From the NCBI GenBank assembly GCA_029210645.1, contig JARGFT010000011.1, positions 9,519 to 73,518 on the forward strand: a stretch of DNA of 64,000 bases, in the 5' to 3' direction. The stretch is from Anaerosomatales bacterium (GTDB taxonomy: Bacteria; Actinomycetota; Coriobacteriia; Anaerosomatales; SLCP01). Positions within the stretch are counted from its first letter, which is position 1. Each line of letters opens with the position of its first letter. A model generated the notes under the pieces. The model worked only from the letters and a program-made list of their open reading frames with translations, made no database searches and was not told where the DNA came from. The translations under genes and the position numbers were made by a program. Of this stretch, positions 57,227-64,000 are shown in pieces.

Positions 57227-58579
57227 CTAGACGATCCTCAACTTGATGCGCATCTCCTCGGCCCGAGCCTGGATGCGGTCGATGTCGAGCAGGCTCCAAC
57301 GGCCCGAATCGTAGAGCACCTGACCTGCGACCATGGTGAACATCACGTTCTCCTGATTCGCGGTATGCACGAGCGTGCTGTACGGGTAAAGCGTCGGGAT
57401 CTGGTGGCTGTGCGAGATGTCGACGGCGATGATGTCCGCCTGCTTGCCCGGTTCCAGCGAACCCACCCGATCGTCGAGGCCAAGGGCTCGTGCGGCGTCG
57501 AGGGTTCCCATCTTGATGAACTGGCGGGCGATCAAGTGTGACTCGTAGCCAGAGAGTGCGCGCTGGATGAGCAGGCCTATCCGCATCTCATCGAACATGT
57601 CCAGCGTGTTGTTCGATGCGGGCGAGTCGGTCCCGATCCCCACCTCTATCCCCCGCTCGAGGAAGCTGCCGAGCGGGGCGACACCCATGCCGAGCTTGGC
57701 GTTGCAGCGCGGGCAGTACGCCACGGCCACCTCGCGACCGGCGAGGATCTCCATGTCGGCGTCGTCGACCTGCGTGCAGTGCACCGCGAGCATCCGTGGG
57801 ACCTCGAAGAGCCCCCACTGGTCGATGTAGCGCACGGGGCTCACGCCGGTGGGCAGCCACCCGAGATCGACACCGGTGAATGTGTCCCGGTAATCCACCG
57901 CAAGACGGGAGCTGCCGTACTTCACGAAGTCGTACTCGTCCTTCGAGCCTGCCACGTGCATCGCGACCGGCAGGTCCTCGGCGATCGCCTTCTCGGCGAC
58001 CTGACGGTAGACCTCGGGGTGACAGCTGTACGCCGCGTGCGGCGCGATCCCAATGGTCAGACGCGACGGGTCCCCGTACTCGCGCCATGCCGCGATGTCC
58101 TCGGCTGCGCGGGCCATCAGCCCCGCTACCTGTCGCTTTTCCATCGTGGAGACTTCCCGGTACGCGACCGCGCGAAGGCCGGACCCCGCCGCCGCGCGCG
58201 CCGATGCGCCCGTCTCGGTGATGTCGGCGACCGTCGTGATGCCGGACTGCAGGGCCTCGGCGGCGCCGAGCCGGGCGGCGTCCTCCCAGTCCTCGTCATC
58301 GAGGTACTGTTCCTTCTCGAGCAGCTGGAGTTTCCACTGCGAGTAGGGCAGGTCGTCGACGAGTCCGCGCATCGCCGAGTACTCGAGGTGGGTGTGCAGG
58401 TCGACGAAGCCGGGCATGAGCACGGCAAGGCCGAAGTCGCGGATCTCCTCGTCGGGATGGGCCGCTTTGAGCTTCTCGAGCTCCCCGATCTCCACGATGT
58501 GGTCGCCGTGCACGAGCACGGCGCCATCGACGATGTGCGGCGCGGCTATCGGAAGGACGTACCGGGCGGCGAGTAGCAT
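57227..58579 (-). CDS. Amidohydrolase (COG0402-type: MTA/SAH, guanine or aminofutalosine deaminase-like)
   Basis: Start trimmed to MLLAARYVLPIA... (ATG 58579). Metal motifs ...GFVDLHTHLEYS..., ...VAMHVAGS... and ...IGTDSPASN... Confidence 0.85.
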   Translation of the reverse strand: MLLAARYVLPIAAPHIVDGAVLVHGDHIVEIGELEKLKAAHPDEEIRDFGLAVLMPGFVDLHTHLEYSAMRGLVDDLPYSQWKLQLLEKEQYLDDEDWEDAARLGAAEALQSGITTVADITETGASARAAAGSGLRAVAYREVSTMEKRQVAGLMARAAEDIAAWREYGDPSRLTIGIAPHAAYSCHPEVYRQVAEKAIAEDLPVAMHVAGSKDEYDFVKYGSSRLAVDYRDTFTGVDLGWLPTGVSPVRYIDQWGLFEVPRMLAVHCTQVDDADMEILAGREVAVAYCPRCNAKLGMGVAPLGSFLERGIEVGIGTDSPASNNTLDMFDEMRIGLLIQRALSGYESHLIARQFIKMGTLDAARALGLDDRVGSLEPGKQADIIAVDISHSHQIPTLYPYSTLVHTANQENVMFTMVAGQVLYDSGRWSLLDIDRIQARAEEMRIKLRIV

Positions 58580-58632
58580 GCACGTCTCCTCGGAGTCGGT
58601 GTGTCGCCATTCTAGCAGCACGGAGACGCTCT

Positions 58633-58746
58633 GGGAGCGACGGGGAGGGTTGCCCGGCGAGTTCTGCAGCGCGGAGGGAGGCGCTTCGCGCCGAGGGCCC
58701 CTCCGCGCGAAGCTGTCTGAGTCGGGGAACCCTCCCCGTCGCTCCC
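58633..58746. repeat. 114-nt nested inverted repeat (long GC-rich hairpin) between menG/ubiE and the amidohydrolase gene
   Basis: Outer arms are a perfect 19 bp (58633..58651 GGGAGCGACGGGGAGGGTT pairing with 58728..58746). Inner arms are a perfect 10 bp (58669..58678 with 58699..58708). The apical hairpin GGCGC-TTC-GCGCC lies at 58680..58692. Confidence 0.8.
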
Positions 58747-58752
58747 CCGCCC

Positions 58753-59499
58753 CTACTTCACGGCGGTGTGGATGGCGACGATGCCGCCGGTGCGGTCCTC
58801 CCAGGAGATCGCGGTGAAGCCCGCGGCCCGCAACTCGGCCGCAAGCTGGGCCTGCGGCGGGAAGGAGCGGATCGAGTCGTTGAGGTAGACGAACGAGGCG
58901 CGGTCGCGCGTGAGCAGTCCGCCGATCGCCGGGATGACGACACGCAGGTAGAGGTGGTAGAACCAACGCCACGGCGCAAAGGAAGGACGCGAGAACTCGA
59001 GGATGACGTAGCGCCCGCCCGGTTTGAGGACCCGCAGGACCTCGGAGAAGTTGGCTGCGCGGTCGGGCAGGTTGCGCACCCCGAAGGCCACTGTCGCTAC
59101 GTCGAACGAGGAGTCCGGGAAGGGCAGGTCCTGGGCGTCTGCGACGGAGAAGGACACCTTGGTGCGGCCCGAGAAGCCACGCCCCTTCTGCTCGGCGACC
59201 GCAAGCATCTCGGGTACGAAGTCGGTGCCGACGACCTCGGCCGGCCTGCCCTGCTTCGCGAGGGCAAGCGAGAGGTCACCGGTGCCGGCGCACAGGTCGA
59301 GCACCCGGCTCGTGGTCTTGAGGTTTGCCGCCTGCACCGCAGCGCGCCGCCAGGACCGGTCGATGCCGAAGCTCGAGAGGATGTTGAACAGGTCGTAGCG
59401 GTCCGCGATCAGCGAGAAGATGCCATGCACGCGCTCGGCGGTCGGCTCGCCCGGCGCTGGAGCGCCGGGCGCATCTCGTTCGTCGTTCACGTCGGGCAT
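58753..59499 (-). CDS. menG: Demethylmenaquinone/ubiquinone C-methyltransferase (UbiE/MenG family)
   Basis: ...YDLFNILSSFGIDRSWRR..., SAM motif ...VLDLCAGTGDL... and ...LKPGGRYVILEFS... The ATG shares 1 nt with the radical-SAM gene stop. Confidence 0.88.
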   Translation of the reverse strand: MPDVNDERDAPGAPAPGEPTAERVHGIFSLIADRYDLFNILSSFGIDRSWRRAAVQAANLKTTSRVLDLCAGTGDLSLALAKQGRPAEVVGTDFVPEMLAVAEQKGRGFSGRTKVSFSVADAQDLPFPDSSFDVATVAFGVRNLPDRAANFSEVLRVLKPGGRYVILEFSRPSFAPWRWFYHLYLRVVIPAIGGLLTRDRASFVYLNDSIRSFPPQAQLAAELRAAGFTAISWEDRTGGIVAIHTAVK

Positions 59500-61289
59500 C
59501 AGGCCTCCGGGGGTTCGCACACGGGCTGTGGACGGGGCGCGGGGCGCCTCCGGGACCCGAACAGGTTAGCTAGGTTCTCCCGCAGCCACAACATGAAGAC
59601 GTGGCGAACGTTACGGAGGCCCACCGAACGAGGCCAGTTCAGCTCGGACTTCTCGCAGACCGTCGACTCGCTCAGGCGATCGATCTCCTCCTTGAGAGCA
59701 TCGAGTTCGCGCCCGCGGACAGCAGGGTCCCGCTCGCCCATCACCTCATCGATGCGCGCCATGGCCTCACGAGCCTGAAGAATGCGGTCCTCGGTGCACG
59801 CCACGACGTCCGGCTCGATGGTGCCCAGGCGCCCCTTGAGGCGGTTCAGGCGCAGGCCCACCTCGTACATCGTGTCGACCATCTCGTCTTTGGGAAGCGA
59901 GTGGCTCTCGTAGTTCATGATGTACTTCCAGGAGGGCTGCACGAGCAGCTGGCGGTGCTCCTCGAGCGTGTCGGCCAGCCGCGTGTAGCCGTACTTCTCG
60001 GGATTGTCGTAGACCATCGAGCCGGGATCGAGGAACGGCGCCATGGGCGACGAGAAGCACAGCAGCCGCTTATCGTTGCCCACCTTCTCGTAGAGCGACT
60101 CGATGTAGGCCGGCGTCTCGAGCACGGAAGCGGCGGTCTGGGTCGGGATGCCGGTCATCATGTAGAGGTCGAAGCGCGAACAGCCGTTGCGCAGCGCCGC
60201 GGCGATCGACTCCTCTACCTGCGCGGTGGTGTAGTGGTGCTTGCCGAAGGCCGCGCGCACATCGTCGTCGTGCGTCTCGATGCTGATCTCGACCGAGTAG
60301 TCGTCGAGGTGCTCGTTGAGGAACCAGTAGAACTCCTCGGCGGGCGGCTTGAAGAACTCGAACCCGATCGGATTGCGCAGGTTGATCTTAGAGAGCCCGC
60401 GTATGAATGCGGCGGTGTAGTCGCGCCCGGCCTGCAGGAAGTCGTTGAGCACGAAGACCGGCCCCGGGATGTACTTCTGGAAGTGTTCGATATCGCGGAC
60501 CAGCAGCTCCGGATCGCGGAACGCCACGCGGTCGCGGCCGTAGTGGTTTCTGAACGCGTATGCCGAGCCGCCGCACGTCACGCAGTTGTGCGTGCAACCC
60601 CGGCAGGTGAGCGAGGCACACACCGGGTACTGCAGCCAGTCCTTGAAGGGCACAGAGCCCATCATGTCCCGGTAGCGGATGACCGACTTCATGCTGTAGG
60701 AGTAGTCGAGCGAGATGTCGTTCATGTCGCCCGGGACCCACTCGAACGGCGTCGAGTGCACAGACCCGTCGCGCGTGGTGTAGGTCAGGTTCGGGATGTC
60801 ATCGACCCGTCCCTTCCCCTTGAGCGCGTAGAGCAGGCGCGTCATCGGCTCCTCGGTCGAATCGCCGCGCACCACGTAGTCCACGCTCGGGTAGCTCGCG
60901 AGCTCCTCGTGGAAGAAGCTGGCCGAGAGGCCGCCGAAGATCACCGGCGTGTCCGGATGGTACTTCTTGCAGATCTTCGAGATCTCGACCGAGCCGTGGG
61001 CGTGTGGCAGCCAGTGCAGGTCGATGCCGAATGCGACCGGGTTCATCTCCCGGATCGCCCGCTCGACGTCGAAACCGGGCTTGTTGAGCATGAGGACGGC
61101 CAGGTTCACGATGCGGACCTTCAGCCCGTGGCGCTCCATGTACTCGGCCATGGTCGTGAAACCGAGGGGGTACATCTCGAAGACAGGGGTCGAGGGCACC
61201 ATGTCGGACACCGGTCCGAACATGATGGAGCGCTCTCTGAAGTCATACACGCTGGGAGCGTGGAGCAACACGAGGTCGACTCGCGACAT
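59499..61289 (-). CDS. B12-binding-domain / radical SAM protein (~596 aa)
   Basis: Start trimmed to MSRVDLVLLHAPSVYDF... An N-terminal Rossmann-like cobalamin-binding domain is followed by the radical SAM cluster motif CTHNCVTC (CxxxCxxC). Confidence 0.82.
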   Translation of the reverse strand: MSRVDLVLLHAPSVYDFRERSIMFGPVSDMVPSTPVFEMYPLGFTTMAEYMERHGLKVRIVNLAVLMLNKPGFDVERAIREMNPVAFGIDLHWLPHAHGSVEISKICKKYHPDTPVIFGGLSASFFHEELASYPSVDYVVRGDSTEEPMTRLLYALKGKGRVDDIPNLTYTTRDGSVHSTPFEWVPGDMNDISLDYSYSMKSVIRYRDMMGSVPFKDWLQYPVCASLTCRGCTHNCVTCGGSAYAFRNHYGRDRVAFRDPELLVRDIEHFQKYIPGPVFVLNDFLQAGRDYTAAFIRGLSKINLRNPIGFEFFKPPAEEFYWFLNEHLDDYSVEISIETHDDDVRAAFGKHHYTTAQVEESIAAALRNGCSRFDLYMMTGIPTQTAASVLETPAYIESLYEKVGNDKRLLCFSSPMAPFLDPGSMVYDNPEKYGYTRLADTLEEHRQLLVQPSWKYIMNYESHSLPKDEMVDTMYEVGLRLNRLKGRLGTIEPDVVACTEDRILQAREAMARIDEVMGERDPAVRGRELDALKEEIDRLSESTVCEKSELNWPRSVGLRNVRHVFMLWLRENLANLFGSRRRPAPRPQPVCEPPEA

Positions 61290-61365
61290 GAAGTCAGGCC
61301 CTTCTGTCTGCAGCGGCCCTACGGCGGCCCCCCGGCAGGGCAACGGCCGAGGCCGAACGGCCGGA

Positions 61366-61374
61366 AGTATAGCA
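61366..61374 (-). promoter_or_regulatory. Extended -10 element (TGCTATACT) upstream of the radical-SAM/menG operon
   Basis: Lies in the 120-nt spacer between the cytochrome stop (61410) and the rSAM start (61289). I see no convincing -35. Confidence 0.3.
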
Positions 61375-61409
61375 CGAGCCGTGCCTGTTAGGCGGCCGCG
61401 ACGTTGGCT

Positions 61410-62618
61410 CTACTGGGAGACGGATCCCCTCACGTGGCACTCGGCGCAGTACGTCGGGTTGTGGCAGTCGAAGCACTGCTGTGCTCCGCCCTCGCGCACC
61501 GGCTCCATGTGCTGCGGGATCCACGCGCGGTTCGGATCGGCGCCCTCGTGGTGGCAGTCGTTGCAGAAGTCCGATCCCGGCGCACTCGCATGGCAGTTCT
61601 CGCAGACCTCGGGACGGGTCCGTCCGTCCTCGCCATGCTCCTTGGCAAAGCCCTCGGGGTGCGGCATCTGCACGCCGTGGCAACCGTCGCAGAACACGCG
61701 CTCGTTGTGGCAGGTCTGGCAGTAGCCGACCGCCGCCACCGGCGGGAGATGCTGGAGCTGCTCGTACATCGGCGCGTCGGTGTGCGGCTCTTCGAGATCG
61801 GCGCGGGCCGCTGTATAGGCGGCGAAGTCCTCGTTGGCCATCGCCGCGTGGCCACCGCTCTCGCCGTACGGCTCGTAGAAGCCCGGTTCGCTGTGGTTCG
61901 CCGGCATGAGCTCGAAGTCAGGCGTGTGGCATGCCTCGCACTCGGCGGGGGCCACGATCCCGCTCACGGACTCGCCGCTCGTGGTGTGGCACCGGTAGCA
62001 GGCCGCCATGAGCATGAAGTCCTCGTGCGGCTGGTTGGGCTCGCCGGTGCCCGGGTCGGTGAGCGTGAGCTCGAAGTCCTCGACGTGCGCGGTGCGGTTG
62101 TGGCACACCGTGCAGTGGATCTCGGCCTCATCGTGGACGGCGTGGTCGATGACGATCCCCGGGCTGGGGGTCACGGTGCGGTTCTCGAGCCAGTGGCACT
62201 GGTTGCACTGCTCCGGACCCATGTACTTCTGGCTGAGCGCGAGATGAGAGCCGTGATTGAGGGGCAGTTCGAACTTGTTGGTGGCCGTGAGATACAGCTC
62301 GCCGAGGGCCTCGGCCTTGTGCAGCAGGAAGGTGACCGGATCGGCGTTCACCGGCATGTGGCACGCCATGCACGACACTTCGGAGTGCGGCGAGCGGTCG
62401 TAGGCGATGATCGTGTCGTCCTGCACCTTGTGACACACGTTGGCGCAGAACCAGTACGTCGAGGTAACGCCGAGTGCGACGACAACGAATGCCGCCAGAC
62501 CGAGGACGACCGCACCTGTCCAGATGAGATAGCGGGGACGCCGCATCGGGTCGGCGTAACCGGAGAAGAACGTCTTCAGCTTCGGCATGCGCTCCTGTCC
62601 TGTCTCACGAGGCTCCAT
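61410..62618 (-). CDS. Membrane-anchored dodecahaem c-type cytochrome with NapC/NirT (NrfH/CymA)-like N-terminal module
   Basis: 402 aa. TM anchor ...YLIWTGAVVLGLAAFVVVALGV, then FCANVCH...SPHSEVSCMACHMP (NapC/NirT pattern). I counted 12 CxxCH motifs in total. Confidence 0.85.
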   Translation of the reverse strand: MEPRETGQERMPKLKTFFSGYADPMRRPRYLIWTGAVVLGLAAFVVVALGVTSTYWFCANVCHKVQDDTIIAYDRSPHSEVSCMACHMPVNADPVTFLLHKAEALGELYLTATNKFELPLNHGSHLALSQKYMGPEQCNQCHWLENRTVTPSPGIVIDHAVHDEAEIHCTVCHNRTAHVEDFELTLTDPGTGEPNQPHEDFMLMAACYRCHTTSGESVSGIVAPAECEACHTPDFELMPANHSEPGFYEPYGESGGHAAMANEDFAAYTAARADLEEPHTDAPMYEQLQHLPPVAAVGYCQTCHNERVFCDGCHGVQMPHPEGFAKEHGEDGRTRPEVCENCHASAPGSDFCNDCHHEGADPNRAWIPQHMEPVREGGAQQCFDCHNPTYCAECHVRGSVSQ

Positions 62619-62657
62619 AGTAACTCAATTCACAACCCTACCATGAAAAAGGGGGGG

Positions 62658-64000
62658 CTACGTCCCACTCGAAACCGTGAAGAAGACCGTCTTTGGCGGG
62701 AACTCGACGTTGCCGGACCAGTCCTCGGACCAGAACTCGAGGTTGTAGGTCTCCATCCCACTCACTGGCGGCGGCACTTCGATTACCGTTCCGTACCGGA
62801 GAGCGCCACCGTTCAGGCGGTAGTACGTGTACCTGGATCCGAGATAACCGTCGTCGGTCGGACCCAGAACCACAGTCGCCGTAGCCTCATACGAGCTACG
62901 AACGTTCGACGTCGTGACCGGCGCGAGTGTGTCCGGGACGACCGTGAACGTCGCCGTCCTCGACGGCGATTCGTAGACACCCGATAGGCTCTCTGACCAG
63001 AACTCGAGCGAGTGTACGCCTGGCTCACTGACAAAGACTCCGGGTCCGGCCATGAGCCGGCCCCCATCCAAACGGCGATACGTCCGGCCATCCGCGGCTT
63101 CGCCATCCACGGTGATGGCAAACGAGATGTATGCGGGGCCGACGTAGGATACCTGCACATCGGCGACGGTGACCGGGGGGGTCGCCTCTACAGATGAGAA
63201 CCTGCTCGCCAGGGCGGTGGTAGCCGCCGGCACTACATGGCAGTTGAGACAGAAGCCGGGATCCAACAGAGCTCCGACGCCGGCCGTATGGCAACTGTCA
63301 CAGTAATCCCGTGCGAGCGGGTTTGATGCGTAGGGGTCATGACTCACGAAGGCATCACCGTGATACGCGACATGACAGCCGCTCTGTTGGCAGCCCTTGT
63401 CCGGCTCATACGTGTCCCAGGTAGCCGGGTGACACGTCAGACACTCCGAACCGTGAGCGGTCACCAGGTCGTCCGCGTGACAGCCTATCCCGCAGTCGAC
63501 CGTATCGACGAGCCAGGCAGTTCGTGGCCGCCCAAGGTGACTATCCGTGAAGAAGTCCATGGTGTCCGGCACAAGCGTAAGCGTATGATCCACCTCGGCG
63601 TGCGGATCGGTGCCGTGACAAGACCCGCACTCTGCCGTGCGGGGCTCACCCGGAAGGTGGCACGCCTCACAGCCCGTGACGGTGCCGGCGTGGATGTCGA
63701 TGGGGTCGCCTGCGTCGTGACACCCGAGGCACTCATCGAACCCTTCAGGCAGCTCGTGCAGGAGGGAGTGACAGTTCAGGCAGAGCGCATGCCCTGCCGT
63801 AACGGTTACCTCGTGCGAAGACTCGACCGGTCGCACGAGAAAGCGCTCGGCACTGCTCTCGTGAGGAAACACGTGGAATTCCGGGTTGCCGGTGGACTCC
63901 GCGCTGACCGGGGACGAGTACACGCTCACGGCGAATGTCTGTTCCGCGCCGAGCATAGGGTTGGTGCCCCTCTCGGAGGGTCCGATATCGCGGGCGTCCT
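62658..64000 (-). CDS. Multihaem c-type cytochrome with two C-terminal Ig-like/beta-sandwich repeats; 5' end probably outside window
   Basis: 7 CxxCH motifs plus CGIGCH (CX3CH) and CQQSGCH (CX4CH). The C-terminal ~170 aa holds two similar modules (...YRRLDGG...HSLEFWSES... and ...YYRLNGG...YNLEFWSEDWSGNVE...). The frame stays open upstream of Met 63956 to the window edge, and no signal peptide is visible. Confidence 0.8.
   Translation of the reverse strand, partial: DARDIGPSERGTNPMLGAEQTFAVSVYSSPVSAESTGNPEFHVFPHESSAERFLVRPVESSHEVTVTAGHALCLNCHSLLHELPEGFDECLGCHDAGDPIDIHAGTVTGCEACHLPGEPRTAECGSCHGTDPHAEVDHTLTLVPDTMDFFTDSHLGRPRTAWLVDTVDCGIGCHADDLVTAHGSECLTCHPATWDTYEPDKGCQQSGCHVAYHGDAFVSHDPYASNPLARDYCDSCHTAGVGALLDPGFCLNCHVVPAATTALASRFSSVEATPPVTVADVQVSYVGPAYISFAITVDGEAADGRTYRRLDGGRLMAGPGVFVSEPGVHSLEFWSESLSGVYESPSRTATFTVVPDTLAPVTTSNVRSSYEATATVVLGPTDDGYLGSRYTYYRLNGGALRYGTVIEVPPPVSGMETYNLEFWSEDWSGNVEFPPKTVFFTVSSGT

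Noticed and set aside
62520-62618. Twin-arginine-like RRPRYL at the N-terminus of the 12-haem cytochrome, near tatAC
   Set aside because: c-type cytochromes are matured after Sec export. The motif lacks the usual S/T-RRxFLK context and is followed by a permanent TM anchor typical of NapC/NirT proteins.
59601-62987. Two long plus-strand ORFs (596 aa and 527 aa) opposite the radical SAM and cytochrome genes
   Set aside because: They are antisense shadows. The minus-strand frames carry CxxxCxxC and 12 CxxCH motifs, while the plus-strand frames have no recognisable features.

Overview
Gene-dense 64-kb window from a high-GC genome (about two-thirds G+C by eye). I call about 70 CDS and one tRNA. 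I saw no rRNA, CRISPR array, transposase or integrase.

Positions 1-41.3 kb are almost entirely minus-strand, with many 1-4 nt start/stop overlaps. This stretch follows a conserved Terrabacteria/Actinobacteria backbone: argS-lysA-hom-thrB-rho-rpmE-prfA-prmC-tsaC-rpiB-glyA-upp-wecA-atpIBEFH. An 11-gene nuo operon (nuoABCDHIJKLMN, no nuoEFG) follows.

Three blocks interrupt the backbone:
- a plus-strand envelope gene island between lysA and hom (21.4-26.3 kb);
- sppA, a metallophosphoesterase, cyclic-2,3-diphosphoglycerate synthetase, 2-phosphoglycerate kinase and fsa, placed in front of rho. The cDPG pair is an archaeal-methanogen-type solute pathway;
- thyX, DUF1385 and two membrane proteins between rpmE and prfA.

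The second half carries, in order:
- tRNA-Thr(CGU), ricT/PSP1, holB and tmk;
- a two-subunit class I fumarase split by an MFS transporter, next to mdh;
- an archaeal-looking type IA topoisomerase;
- hypAB, tatAC and a divergent pair of STAS proteins.

The window ends with what I consider its most interesting locus: a tightly coupled B12-radical-SAM/MenG/amidohydrolase/RseC/TPR operon sitting directly downstream of two multihaem c-type cytochromes. One is a membrane-anchored NapC/NirT-type protein with 12 CxxCH sites. The other has 7 CxxCH sites, one CX3CH and one CX4CH site, and two Ig-like C-terminal repeats. It runs off the window edge.

All functional calls come from reading the supplied translations and my memory of family motifs. 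No database search was run. Start codons were refined by hand and several remain uncertain.
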